A stretch of DNA of 64,000 bases, from the NCBI GenBank assembly GCA_037444005.1, contig JBBING010000003.1:15006-79005 (forward strand), in the 5' to 3' direction. Origin of the DNA: Chloroflexota bacterium. GTDB lineage: Bacteria; Chloroflexota; Dehalococcoidia; DSTF01; JACRBR01. Shown one piece after another: positions 18,436 through 28,578 of this stretch; position 1 is the first letter of the stretch; each line of letters starts with the position of its first letter. The translations under genes were made by a program, and so were the position numbers. Below the pieces are notes generated by a model, which saw only the letters and a program-made list of their open reading frames with translations, did no database searches and was not told the origin of the DNA.

Positions 18436-19451
18436 TCAGGCCTCGGGGAGGCGGCCGGCGTCCCTGACCTCGCGGCGGGTCGCGGCGATGAGGAGCACCA
18501 GCGCCAGGCTGGTCCACCCCAGGAGCGGCATCGTCAGCTCGAAGGTCGCCCACTGGGCGAGCGCCCCGATGGGCAGCGTCAGCGCCTGAGAGATGCCTTG
18601 GCTCATCATGAACAGGCTCATCACGCGCCCCTGAACGTCGTTGGGCACCGTCCGTTGCACGAGCGACGTCGCCGACACCGACTGGACGGTGAGCAGCCCG
18701 CCAAGTCCGAGGTTCAGCGTCGCTGACAGCGGGATGAGCCTCGAGTAGCCGAAGCCGACGACGCAGGCGGAAAAGCCCGCTGCCGCGGCGATGAGGAGCC
18801 AGCCCTTCCGCGGGAAGTGGCCCACGTTCGTCATGGCGAGCGAGGCGACCATCGACCCTATGCCCCACGTCATCGCGAGGAGCCCCACGCCTGTCGCCGA
18901 CAGGCCGAGGACCCGGCTCGTCCACACGGGTCCGAGGTTCGCCACGACGGGAAACCCGAGGCCGCTCACGGAAAACGTGAGCAGGATGATCCACAGGACC
19001 GCGGGGTGCGACCGCGCGTACTGGGCGCGTCGACGGCGCCGAGGCCGGACGCGACGAAGATCAGGACCAGGAACAGCGCGACCGTGACTGCGTCTCCCCC
19101 GGGCGAGGTCAGCATCACCACGGCCACGGCGGCGCTGGTGAGCATCCCCAGCGTCTGGGTGACCATGAGCAGCTTCCGCCGGTCGAAGCGGTCGGCCAAG
19201 GCGCCCCCGAAGAGGCTGAACCCGAGCATGGCGCCGCCGCGGGTGGCGCCGAGCAGGCCGGCGAGCACCAGCCTCGAGCCTTCGCCCGTGCGGTCGGCGA
19301 GGAACAGCACCTGCGTCACGAACTGCATAGGCATCAGCGCGCTGCCCATGAACATGCCGAGCCAGAGCAGCGTGTAATCGCGGTGGCGAAACGAACGGAA
19401 GGGCGACGGCCGACGGCTGCGGGACGACGTGGATTCAGTCGCCGTCGTCAT
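18436..19451 (-). pseudogene. MFS transporter disrupted by a 1-nt frameshift (two ORFs 18966-19451 and 18436-18969)
   Basis: The upstream ORF carries TM1-4 and the MFS loop motif GGALADRFDRRKLL. Its frame ends in non-protein-like text (APSTRGRTPRSCGSSCSRFP*), while the -1 frame continues as TM sequence (RRRAQYARSHPAVLWIILLTFSVSGLGF...). The frames switch near 19024-19040. Confidence 0.6.
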
Positions 19452-19546
19452 GTTCCGGAGTATGACGGTCCGGACGCGATGGCGCCATCGCGCATCTGTC
19501 TCTGAACGGCCCAGGTCGTCCTACGATAGGTCTATCCGCCGACGAT

Positions 19547-20791
19547 TTAGCGCTCGGGCGGCACAGTCAGAAGGGCGACGGCCCCGGCGGTGCGGCGCTG
19601 CCGCCGGGTGATCTGGAGATGCCAGAGGGTCAGGATGAGGGCGACGATGAGGAGCAGGGCGCCGAACTTGAACGGCGCGAGCGGTCCGTACATCTCTCCG
19701 ACGCGTCCGCCGAGGGCCTGGCCCAGCGCCCCACCGAGACCCTGGATCGCCGTCATCGCCCCGAGAAGCAGTCCGCGGCTCCCGATGTCAGTGGCGTCGA
19801 GCGCGGCGGCGCTCCACGCCGGCAGGCTGACGGCGTACGCCAGCCCCGCCAGCACCGCCAGGTTGACCGCGAGCAAGGGGTTCCGCGTGAGTGTGAGCAG
19901 GAACAGCGACAGCGCGGCCAGGAACAACCCTGCGATGAGCGGCACATGGCGCCCGAGCCTGTCGGCGACGTGACCGAACTTGACCACGACGATGGCGGCG
20001 ACCGTCGCCGACGGGATGAGGAAGAGGGCCATGATGTAGAGCTTGGTGTCCAGCACCTCAGTGACGTACCGGCCCACGACGGGCGTGTGGATCGTCGTGC
20101 CGAGGCTCAGGAACAGGACGATGGCGGCCAGCGAAACCACCGCCGGCGTCAGCGTTCGGCCTCCGTCAGGCGTGGCGCATTTCGGCGCGCAGACGACGGG
20201 CGTGACCCGGAACGAACACTTGCGGGCCGCGAGGGCGAGCGCGAGGCCGTTGAACCCGAGGCACGCGGCGAACGCAGCCTGGTACGAGATGAAGTCCATG
20301 AGCACGACGCCGACCACCGTGCCGAGGCCGAGCCCCACCATGCCCGCCGCATTCATGGCGCTCATCACGGAGCCCCGGCGGTTCTGCGGAAGCGTCTCGC
20401 CCAGGTGTGCCATGAAGGCGGGCCACATGGTGGCGGCGCTCAGACCCAGGAGCGCGCTCAGGCCCAGGAACGCGTGAGGTTCGGGGACCTGAAGCATCAG
20501 GAACAGCGTCGGGATGCCGATGGCCATCCCGATCACCATCGTGAGGCGGCGGCCGATGCGGTCGGCGATCCACCCGGCGGGTGTCTGCCAGAGGAACCGG
20601 ACGCCTCCGTAGATGGCCATCGCATAGCCGGGAAACGCGGGGCTCGCGTCGAGCTGGACGGGAAGGTACTGCTGGACGATCGATAGAAAGAACACCCCGA
20701 CGGAGGCTTGCCAGAGGAAGACGACCGCGATGAATTCGGCGATGTGCGCCGGGGCGCTACGCGGTAACACCATCCGTGCGATGCGGTTCAT
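19547..20791 (-). CDS. MFS transporter
   Basis: 414-aa ORF with 12 predicted TM helices and an ADRIGRR loop motif. Confidence 0.85.
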   Translation of the reverse strand: MNRIARMVLPRSAPAHIAEFIAVVFLWQASVGVFFLSIVQQYLPVQLDASPAFPGYAMAIYGGVRFLWQTPAGWIADRIGRRLTMVIGMAIGIPTLFLMLQVPEPHAFLGLSALLGLSAATMWPAFMAHLGETLPQNRRGSVMSAMNAAGMVGLGLGTVVGVVLMDFISYQAAFAACLGFNGLALALAARKCSFRVTPVVCAPKCATPDGGRTLTPAVVSLAAIVLFLSLGTTIHTPVVGRYVTEVLDTKLYIMALFLIPSATVAAIVVVKFGHVADRLGRHVPLIAGLFLAALSLFLLTLTRNPLLAVNLAVLAGLAYAVSLPAWSAAALDATDIGSRGLLLGAMTAIQGLGGALGQALGGRVGEMYGPLAPFKFGALLLIVALILTLWHLQITRRQRRTAGAVALLTVPPER

Positions 20792-20905
20792 AGCTCGGTC
20801 CGTTCCCTGTCTCTCCGTTGTTCTCGGCCGGGGGAGCTCCTAAGCTCTCTCCCTGATTGTCGGCACGCGTCCCAGCGGCCTGCACGTCTCGAAGTTACGT
20901 CTCCG

Positions 20906-21799
20906 TCACGATTCGGCGCTCTGCTCCGCGATCAGCGCTACCGCCCCGAGCGCTCCCGCTCGCTCCCCCAGGGAACCGACCGCTACACGGAGGTCGGCGA
21001 ACGCCTGCGGGAAGGCCCTCCGCTGGAGCTCTTCCCGCGCCGGCGTGAGGTACGCATCCCCGAGATTGGTCAGTCCGCCCCCGAGCACCAGGGTGTCCGG
21101 GTTGAGGACGTTGACCAGGCCGGCCAGGCCCATTCCCAGCCAACGGCCGGCACGCTGAATAATAGCGGCTGCGTCGGCGTCTCCGAGCGACGCGGCCTCT
21201 GCGACGGTCTCGGCCGTCACCTCGCGCCCTTCCGCGGCGAGCCGCCGGAGGACGGAGCATTGGCCCCGGCGCAGCGCCGCTTCCGCCTCGCGGGCGATGG
21301 CGAGCCCCGACGCCATGGCCTCGAGGTCGCCCGGATGACCCGCGCCGCACGGCGGGCCGTCGGGGTCGAGGGGGACGTGCCCGACCTCTCCTGCGGCCCC
21401 CGACGCGCCGTGGTACACCCGGCCGTCCAACACGATACCGCCCCCGATGCCCGTCGAGACAGTGACGAACAGCAGGTTCCGCGCGCCTCTTCCGGCCCCG
21501 AACCGGTATTCACCGTACCCTTGCGCGTTGGCGTCGTTCTCGAGCAGCACCGGAACGCCGAACGCGGCCGAAAGCAAGTCCCTGAGCGGCACGTCGCGCC
21601 ACCCGGGAAGATTCGGAGGCGTGGTGATCACGCCCCGAGCGAGGTCGAGAGGGCCAGCGGCCATCGCGCCGACCCCGGCGATGCGGTCCATCGTCACGCC
21701 CGCATCGTCGAGGGCTTCCCGGGCGCATTCGACGATGCGCTGGACGACCGCCGCGGGCCCCTCACGGGCGTCCGTCGGGCGGCGACACGAAGCCAGCAC
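20906..21799 (-). CDS. ROK family sugar kinase (probable glucokinase); N-terminus likely extends to about 21877
   Basis: ROK signatures VSTGIGGGIVLDG, GHVPLDPDGPPCGAGHPGDLEA (Zn-binding Cys/His) and LVLGGGL. The conserved N-terminal FIGVDLGATKV lies upstream of the first canonical start (GTG 21799) and has no in-frame ATG/GTG/TTG before it. Confidence 0.8.
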   Translation of the reverse strand: MLASCRRPTDAREGPAAVVQRIVECAREALDDAGVTMDRIAGVGAMAAGPLDLARGVITTPPNLPGWRDVPLRDLLSAAFGVPVLLENDANAQGYGEYRFGAGRGARNLLFVTVSTGIGGGIVLDGRVYHGASGAAGEVGHVPLDPDGPPCGAGHPGDLEAMASGLAIAREAEAALRRGQCSVLRRLAAEGREVTAETVAEAASLGDADAAAIIQRAGRWLGMGLAGLVNVLNPDTLVLGGGLTNLGDAYLTPAREELQRRAFPQAFADLRVAVGSLGERAGALGAVALIAEQSAES

Positions 21800-21878
21800 T
21801 TCGCCCGTCGCCCGGGCGACGAGCGCGAGGACCTTGGTGGCTCCGAGGTCGACGCCGATGAACAGCCTGTCGTCGATG

Positions 21879-23360
21879 TCACGCCTCCGTCGGGGCGCGG
21901 GCGGCTGCGCGGGCCTCCATGGCCTGCCGGTACAGGTCCACGTACTGTCCGGCCGCCTGTCCCCAGGAGAAGTCGCGCGCCATGCAGCGGCGCTGGAGCG
22001 CGCGCCAGGCCTCGCGGTCGGCGAAGGCCGCGAACGCCTTCATGAGGGCGTCCGCGAGCGCCTGCGGCGTGGGTTCGTCGAACAAGAAGCCCGTCCCGGT
22101 CTGGGCAACCGGGTCGAACGCCTCCACCGTGTCCGCAAGCCCCCCGGTCCGTCGCACCACCGGGACCGCCCCGTACCGCTGCGCGATCATCTGGCCCAGC
22201 CCGCAGGGTTCGTAGCGGGATGGCATGAGAAAGAGGTCGCAGCCACCGTAAATGCGTTGCCCCAACGGGACGTCGAAGGCGATGTGAGCCCTGACCTGCT
22301 CGGGGAAGCGGGATTCGACAGCTCGCAGCCGCTCGTGCAAGGACTCGTCGCCCGTCCCGAGGACGACGAGCTGCAGGTCGTCGCCCGCCTCCAGTCGCTG
22401 GGACACCGCGTCCAGCATGATGTCGGCGCCCTTCTGGTGAAACAGCCTCCCGACGAATCCGAGCAGCGGCGTCTCGTCGCGAACGGCGAAGCCCGACCGG
22501 CGCTGCAGCTCTCGCTTGTTCTCGATTCGGCGGTCGAGGGTCGCGGCGTCGAAGTTGACGATATGCGGGTCTGTCGCCGGATTCCACTCGTCGTAGTCGA
22601 TGCCATTGACGATGCCGGTGACGCGGTCCGCTCGCGCCCGGAGCAGCGGGTCGAAGCCGAAGCCGTATTGCGGGGTCAAGATCTCGCAGGCGTAGGTCTT
22701 GCTCACCGTGCTCACGTAATCGGCGTGCAGAATTCCCTGCGCCATGCCCGAGTACGCGAGCCCCGGATCGGCGCCTTCGGGCACGACGAGCGCCCGTTCC
22801 GGAAATCCCAGCGCCCGCGCAAGCCCGGCGTCGAAGGGGCCGGGTAGGCCGAGGTTGTGGATCGTGAACAGCGTGCCGCATGCCTGCCAGGGATGGTCTG
22901 CGTCGAGCAGCCGGGTGAGCACGAATGCCGTGTGCCAGTCGTGAAGGTGCAGGACCTCGGGCGCGAAGTCGAGCGCCTCCGCGCTCGCGAGAAGGGCGTC
23001 GCAGAAGAACACCCACCGCTCGACGTCGTCGTCGTATCCGTACACGCGCTCGCGTCCGAAGAAGCGCTGGTTCTCGACGAGGTACAGAGGCACGCCCTTG
23101 ACGGACGCACGCCACAGCGTCGCGCGATCGGTGCCGTCGCGAGTGCGAACGGTGAGCTCCGCTGCGGGCGAAGCGTCCAAAGAGGCTCGGTCGATCACCG
23201 CGTGGAACGGCATCGCGAGACGGACGTCGGCGCCCAACCTGCGAAGCGCGACGGGAAGCGAGCCGGCGACGTCCGCGAGGCCGCCGACCTTAGCCAGCGG
23301 GCTCATCTCGACGGAGACGAAGAGGACGCGGGGCGACCCTGCGCGAGGCGAATCAGCCAT
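21879..23360 (-). CDS. glgA: Glycogen synthase (ADP-glucose type, GT5)
   Basis: N-terminal RVLFVSVEMSPLAKVGGLADV (K-x-G-G-L motif) and a typical GT-B C-terminal domain. Start at MADSP (ATG 23360); an alternative upstream ATG is at 23399. Confidence 0.93.
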   Translation of the reverse strand: MADSPRAGSPRVLFVSVEMSPLAKVGGLADVAGSLPVALRRLGADVRLAMPFHAVIDRASLDASPAAELTVRTRDGTDRATLWRASVKGVPLYLVENQRFFGRERVYGYDDDVERWVFFCDALLASAEALDFAPEVLHLHDWHTAFVLTRLLDADHPWQACGTLFTIHNLGLPGPFDAGLARALGFPERALVVPEGADPGLAYSGMAQGILHADYVSTVSKTYACEILTPQYGFGFDPLLRARADRVTGIVNGIDYDEWNPATDPHIVNFDAATLDRRIENKRELQRRSGFAVRDETPLLGFVGRLFHQKGADIMLDAVSQRLEAGDDLQLVVLGTGDESLHERLRAVESRFPEQVRAHIAFDVPLGQRIYGGCDLFLMPSRYEPCGLGQMIAQRYGAVPVVRRTGGLADTVEAFDPVAQTGTGFLFDEPTPQALADALMKAFAAFADREAWRALQRRCMARDFSWGQAAGQYVDLYRQAMEARAAARAPTEA

Positions 23361-23411
23361 GTCCCGCCATGTGTACCGGACGCGAGGCCGCGCGGGCAAG
23401 CGGCAGCCGCA

Positions 23412-23834
23412 TCAGTTCGAGGCCGCGTTGCGCAGGACGGTGATTCTGCGGGCCACGAAGTTGTTGTCGTCGGCTGGCGTCTCGCACACCAGCCAGAACG
23501 AGCCCACCGCGCGCGGCACGAACGAGAGGTCGAACGAGCCCGCTTCGGGCGTCTGGCGCGGGTCGGTCGGGTCAGCGCCGGGCATGGCGGGAATGGTCTC
23601 GCGGCCGAGGACCTGCACGGTCCGCTTGCCCTTCTTCAGAACGCACTCGACGTCGATATCGACGGGATACGGCTGTTCGTAGGTGACGGTAAGCCGCGCG
23701 GGTTCCCCGGCCCGAACCTCCCTCGGCGCCTGGAGGCGAACGAAGACTTCCGTACCTTCCGAACCGCCGCCGAATCCGATACCGCAGGCCGCGAGGATGA
23801 CGCCGACCGCGCCGAGCGCCCAGATGCGAATCAT
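23412..23834 (-). CDS. Putative lipoprotein (hypothetical)
   Basis: Signal peptide plus lipobox MIRIWALGAVGVILAACG, followed by a soluble domain with no known motif. Confidence 0.5.
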   Translation of the reverse strand: MIRIWALGAVGVILAACGIGFGGGSEGTEVFVRLQAPREVRAGEPARLTVTYEQPYPVDIDVECVLKKGKRTVQVLGRETIPAMPGADPTDPRQTPEAGSFDLSFVPRAVGSFWLVCETPADDNNFVARRITVLRNAASN

Positions 23835-23888
23835 GCGGACCCATGCTAGAAGGCGGAAAGGCCGCGAACAAGCCGAGCCAGGCGTACA

Positions 23889-24605
23889 ATGGCCGCAGTG
23901 GACGTTCGCAACCTGCATTCATGGGACCTGTCGTACCGCGAGGCGATCGAGACCCAACGCCGGCTCGCCCCGCTGGTGGTGCGCGACGGAGACTTGCCCG
24001 AGTCCGCCGTGCGGCTGATCGGGGGCGCGGACATCGCGGCGGGGCGCAGAGGCGGCGTCGCCGTCGCAGCCGTGGTAGTCGTGTCGTACCCCGACCTGGA
24101 GCCGGTCGAGACCGTGGTCGTCGAAGCCCCCGTCACGACGGCATATATCCCCGGGCTTCTGTCGTTTCGTGAAGCGCCGATTCTGTGCGAGGCGTTCCGG
24201 AGGCTCCGTTCGGTACCCGATCTCCTCATCGTCGACGGGCAGGGCTACGCCCACCCGCGACGGTTCGGGCTCGCCTGCCATCTCGGCCTGCTGTTGGACC
24301 TGCCGGCCGTCGGCTGCGCGAAATCGCGCCTGTGCGGGGTCGAGACGCCCCCGGGGCCGGAGCGCGGAAGCGTAACGCCCCTGGTCGACGATGGAGAGGT
24401 CATCGGCAGCGTCGTGCGTACCCAGACGGGCGTCCGCCCCGTGTACGTCTCCGTGGGACACAGGCTCAGCCTTTCTGCGTGCGAGGCCTGGACGCTGCGG
24501 TGCGCACCCAGGTTCAGGTTGCCCGAGCCGACTCGTTTGGCCGACCATGCCGCCCGCGAGCGGAAGCGCGCGCTCCTTGCGCAGTCGGTTTCCGCTTCGG
24601 CATGA
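23889..24605 (+). CDS. nfi: Endonuclease V (deoxyinosine 3' endonuclease)
   Basis: YIPGLLSFRE, a DGQGYAHPRRFGLA region and HRLS motifs. The ATG is embedded in a TACAATGGCCGC element; the GTG at 23898 is an alternative leaderless start. Confidence 0.9.
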   Translation: MAAVDVRNLHSWDLSYREAIETQRRLAPLVVRDGDLPESAVRLIGGADIAAGRRGGVAVAAVVVVSYPDLEPVETVVVEAPVTTAYIPGLLSFREAPILCEAFRRLRSVPDLLIVDGQGYAHPRRFGLACHLGLLLDLPAVGCAKSRLCGVETPPGPERGSVTPLVDDGEVIGSVVRTQTGVRPVYVSVGHRLSLSACEAWTLRCAPRFRLPEPTRLADHAARERKRALLAQSVSASA

Positions 24606-24648
24606 TGCAGACGGGACACCACAGAGCGAATCGAGGCAGGACATATCG

Positions 24649-25762
24649 ATGGAAGAACTCCGGAAGCGGTTGCAGCGCCTTCTCGACCAGATCACGCACG
24701 TCATGGTGCGTCTTTGACATCGACGCCCTCGAACAAGAAGCCTCCGATCTCGAACGCGAATCCTCTCGTCCTGACTTCTGGAGCGACCCGCAGGCCGCAC
24801 AGACCACCATGCGCCGTCTCGCGCAGCTACGGCGTACCATCGACACCTGGAGGGGGCTCGCAGCGCGCGTACGCGATCTCCTAGGCCTCGTCGACCTCGC
24901 CATCGAAGAGGGCGACGAGTCGCTGGCGGCCGAACTCGAACGCGAGGCCGGTGAGGTCGAACAGCGGTTCGCCGATCTCGAATTCGAGCTGTCGTTCTCG
25001 GGGCCGTACGACGACCGCAACGCCATTCTCGCTGTGCACGCGGGCGCGGGGGGCACGGACTCGCAGGACTGGGCGCAGATGCTGCTGCGCATGTACGTGC
25101 GCTGGGCCGAGCGCCACGGCTTCGAGGTCGAATTGCTGGACGAAACGCCGGGCGAGGAAGCGGGCATCAAGAGCGCGACGGTGGAAATCCGGGGCCCGTA
25201 CGCCTACGGCTGGCTTCGCGGCGAGCGCGGCGTTCACCGGCTCGTGCGCCTGTCGCCGTTCGACGCCGCCCACGCCCGGCACACGTCGTTCGCGAAGGTC
25301 GAAGTGATGCCGGAGGCCGAGGGACCCTCGGAGGTTCACATCGACGAAGACGACATCCGGATCGACGTGTTCCGTGCGAGCGGACACGGCGGGCAGAACG
25401 TCCAGAAGAACTCGACGGCGGTGCGGATCACGCACATCCCGACGGGCATTGTGGTGACCTGTCAGAACGAACGCTCCCAGCATCGAAACCGTGAGGCCGC
25501 GATGAAGGTGCTCGAAGCGCGGCTCCTCGAACTCGAGATGCGGCGTCACGCCGAGGAGCAGGCGAAGCTCAAGGGCGAGCATGTGCCTGCCGAGTGGGGC
25601 AACCAGATCCGCAGCTATGTCTTGCACCCGTACAAGCTGGTGAGGGACTATCGCTCGGGGGCCGAGATCAGGGACTCGAAACAGGTCGAAGCCGTCCTCG
25701 ACGGGGAGATCGACGAGCTGGTGAAGGCCTACCTCAAGGCCACGGTAGGAGCCGCGTCGTGA
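24649..25762 (+). CDS. prfB: Peptide chain release factor 2, with programmed +1 ribosomal frameshift
   Basis: Frame 0 gives MEELRKRLQRLLDQITHVMVRL, then an in-frame TGA at 24715-24717 inside the conserved CTT TGA C slippery site. The +1 frame continues DIDALEQEASDLE..., with the SPF motif and GGQ motif (RASGHGGQNVQK). Confidence 0.95.
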
Positions 25763-27054
25763 CCGCGCGCGGCCCGTTCCGCTGGGGAGCGGCGCTCGTC
25801 GCGGCGGTCCTCGCGCTCGGCGCGATCGCCGGGCTTTCGCGCAGCGTCGGCGCGCAGACGCTGCACGTCGACAGCGTCGAGGCGACGAACGCGTTTCCCG
25901 CGGGCGCGGTGTTCTCCATCTTCGCCCGGATCCCTGAGCCTCCGAAAGAGGTGCGCCTGCGGTACAGCATCGCCCCCGACGGCACCGAGGCGATGCGCGT
26001 GGCGGAGTGCTCGGGGATGAACCCCATCGGCTGTCGCGCCACCGTGGGCGACACGTTGGACACGTTTATGATCCCGGGCGCCGAAGTGACGTTCTCATGG
26101 GAGTTCACGCTTCCTGACGGCACGCGGCTCACTACCGACCCGCAGCGCTTCGTCTACGAGGACACGCGGTTCGAGTGGAACACGGAGTCGGCCGGCAACG
26201 TCACGGTCTACTACTACGGCTCCAATCGCGACCTGGCGCGCCGCGCGCTGGCGGCTGCGGAGGAAACGCTGGACCGTCTCGGAGGCATGCTCGGCGTCCG
26301 CGTGGCCTTCCCTGTCAAGGTCTTTCTGTACGAAGACGCCTCTACGATGAGGCCCGCCATTCTGTCCAACCCGCGCGCGGGCGTGGTGACGCTGGGCGAG
26401 GTCTACTTCTCGGATACGGCGATGGTGGCGGCAGACGTCGCGCCCGAGGACGTGACCCGGCACGAAGTCGCGCACATCGTGATCCGCGAGGCCACGCGCG
26501 GGCCATTTGGTGTGCCCGCCTGGCTCAACGAGGGCACGGCGGTCTGGGCGCAGGAGGAACCGCTGGGCGGCGAACTGGATGCGCTCGACGCCGCCATCGC
26601 GCGGGACCGCGTGCTCCCGCTTCAGGTGTTGAGCTCTTCGAGCGCGGCGGGCAATCCCGACACCGTGAGTCTGTTCTACGGGCAGTCGTACTCCGTCGTG
26701 AACTATCTCATCACGACGTACGGCGAGGAGAAGTTCCGTCAGCTCTTCGCGGTGTTCAAGGAAGGCGCCACCACAGACAAGGCCCTGCGCACCGTCTATG
26801 GGCTGGGCGTGCGGGAGCTCGAGAACGCCTGGCGGGCGTCCCTGGGCCTGCCGCCGAGGGCGATTCCTTCGCCTACCGTGGAAGCGACTCCTGCCGGCAC
26901 GCGGACGCCTGTCGGCGCGACCTCGGGCCAACAGCCTGCGGGCGACGACGGTGGGTTCCCTGTGGCGGTCGTGGTGGCGATCGCCGCCGGCGCGCTCGCG
27001 TTGGCGGGCGCCATCGTGGGGCTGGGCGTCATCGCTGCGAGGAAGGCGAGCTAG
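25759..27054 (+). CDS. Secreted zinc metallopeptidase (gluzincin-like HEXXH...NEG), C-terminal TM anchor
   Basis: GTG overlapping the prfB stop. Signal peptide, then HEVAHIV plus a downstream WLNEGTA motif, and a C-terminal hydrophobic helix VAVVVAIAAGALALAGAIVGLGVIAA. Confidence 0.7.
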   Translation: MTARGPFRWGAALVAAVLALGAIAGLSRSVGAQTLHVDSVEATNAFPAGAVFSIFARIPEPPKEVRLRYSIAPDGTEAMRVAECSGMNPIGCRATVGDTLDTFMIPGAEVTFSWEFTLPDGTRLTTDPQRFVYEDTRFEWNTESAGNVTVYYYGSNRDLARRALAAAEETLDRLGGMLGVRVAFPVKVFLYEDASTMRPAILSNPRAGVVTLGEVYFSDTAMVAADVAPEDVTRHEVAHIVIREATRGPFGVPAWLNEGTAVWAQEEPLGGELDALDAAIARDRVLPLQVLSSSSAAGNPDTVSLFYGQSYSVVNYLITTYGEEKFRQLFAVFKEGATTDKALRTVYGLGVRELENAWRASLGLPPRAIPSPTVEATPAGTRTPVGATSGQQPAGDDGGFPVAVVVAIAAGALALAGAIVGLGVIAARKAS

Positions 27055-28574
27055 CGGTCGGTGCGGGCCGCGCCCGCGCTCTCCGATGGGCTCTCGCGGC
27101 TCGTGGGCAGCTCCTCGGCGCCGTAGTACCCCGGGCGATATTTGAAGACGTTCACCGTGCTGCGGGCCACGTCGGGGACGTAGAAGAACCGGTAGCCCTG
27201 CCCCTTGAGGCGCAAGAAGGTCTCGTACTCGAGAAGCCAGACGTAGAGGATGTCCCGCTTGTGGTCGATGGTCACGCCTCGATCCGAGAGCATGCTGATG
27301 GCGCGGTAGTCCTTCTCGAGAATGGCGTTCTCGAACCGGTCGTGGTTCAGCACCGCGAAGTGGGGGTACGTGAAGCCCATCATCACGACTGAGTGCTCGG
27401 GGATCGGGATGTCGTCGCGGACCTCGTTCGCGAACTCGATCTGGTTGTCCATGGTTTCCAGGGACGACAAGAGCATCCCTTTTCCGACGCGGGCGTTGGT
27501 GAAGGCCTCGAGGTTGATTTCGTCGCCCGGAGACGTGAGGTCGACGAACCCCGCGAGCAGGATCACGGCGAGGGTCGAGACGAGAAGCCATCGTGGGAAG
27601 TAGCGCGCCATCAAGAAGAAGCCGAAGGGGAAGAGGGGGATGAGGTACGCGATCTCGTGCGGCAGCCGCGTGAAGGAAGCGAAATACAGCACGATGACGC
27701 TGAGCCACATCCACAGATGCGGCTCGCGCCGCAGGTCCGACGGCAGGCGCGCGAACTTCGGCAGAGCGATCCCCAGGGCCACCAGCGTCCATATGGCGCC
27801 GACGAGTCCCAGGCCGTCCTTCCCCAGCAGCCTCAGGAAGTTCAGCCACGGCACCTTCTGGTCGTAGAAGTTCCAGAAGTCGAGCTTGTAGACCCACAGC
27901 ACGGGAGCGAACGCCACGGCCGTGACGACCGTGGCCGCGGCGGCGAGAGGGGCGGCGTCGCGGGTTCGGCCGGAGCGCCACAGGTACAACGCGAGGGGCA
28001 GCGCCATCCCGAGGTACGTCAGGCGGAAGCCCGCGGCGACCCCCACCAGGGCGCCGGCCAACAACGGGCGCCTCCTCAGGGCCGCGAGGTACGCCGCGAG
28101 CCCGAATGTCAGCGCCCACATGTAGTCCATCGTGGTGACGCTGTTGATCCAGAGCAGCGGCGCGAAGGCGAAGGCCACGGTCAGCGCTCCCTGCGCGGGC
28201 AGACGGAGCTCTCGCACGAGCTGCGCGAAGACCCAGACCCCCGCCAGCGACGCGAGAACCGTCGAGAGGTTCGTGGCGGGCGCGCCGCCCTTGATGAACG
28301 CGGCGGTCACGAATTCGTGCAGGGGATACCCGGGCAGCCGCGAGGGCCAGTATTCGCCGTGGTCCCACAGGTAGTTCGCCGTGAGCGCGACACGCCAGGC
28401 GTCGGGGTCGGTGCCGTACCCGTGCCAGAGCCACGGCACGCGCGAGAGGACAAAAGCGACCGCGAGCGCCGCAAAGGCGAGGGGCCGTGTAAAGTCGAAC
28501 TCGAGGGCTCGTTCGAGGAGCCCCGAGACGGCGAGCGCGGGACTGCGTTCGACGGAAGGCGCCTCCGCGGTCAT
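27051..28574 (-). CDS. GT-C superfamily membrane glycosyltransferase (PMT/ArnT/PimE-like)
   Basis: 507-aa polytopic membrane protein with an N-terminal periplasmic loop carrying Asp motifs (GTDPDAWR) and many TM helices. It is the last gene of the PI/PIM-like operon. Confidence 0.65.
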   Translation of the reverse strand: MTAEAPSVERSPALAVSGLLERALEFDFTRPLAFAALAVAFVLSRVPWLWHGYGTDPDAWRVALTANYLWDHGEYWPSRLPGYPLHEFVTAAFIKGGAPATNLSTVLASLAGVWVFAQLVRELRLPAQGALTVAFAFAPLLWINSVTTMDYMWALTFGLAAYLAALRRRPLLAGALVGVAAGFRLTYLGMALPLALYLWRSGRTRDAAPLAAAATVVTAVAFAPVLWVYKLDFWNFYDQKVPWLNFLRLLGKDGLGLVGAIWTLVALGIALPKFARLPSDLRREPHLWMWLSVIVLYFASFTRLPHEIAYLIPLFPFGFFLMARYFPRWLLVSTLAVILLAGFVDLTSPGDEINLEAFTNARVGKGMLLSSLETMDNQIEFANEVRDDIPIPEHSVVMMGFTYPHFAVLNHDRFENAILEKDYRAISMLSDRGVTIDHKRDILYVWLLEYETFLRLKGQGYRFFYVPDVARSTVNVFKYRPGYYGAEELPTSRESPSESAGAARTDR

Positions 28575-28578
28575 CGGT

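Noticed and set aside
21447-23115. Large ORFs (466 aa on plus, 473 aa on minus) overlapping glgA/ROK
   Set aside because: Non-protein-like composition. glgA and the ROK gene account for the coding in this region.
26095-28434. 779-aa minus-strand ORF
   Set aside because: Arg/Pro/Gly-rich. It is antisense to the metallopeptidase and in an alternate frame to the GT-C gene.
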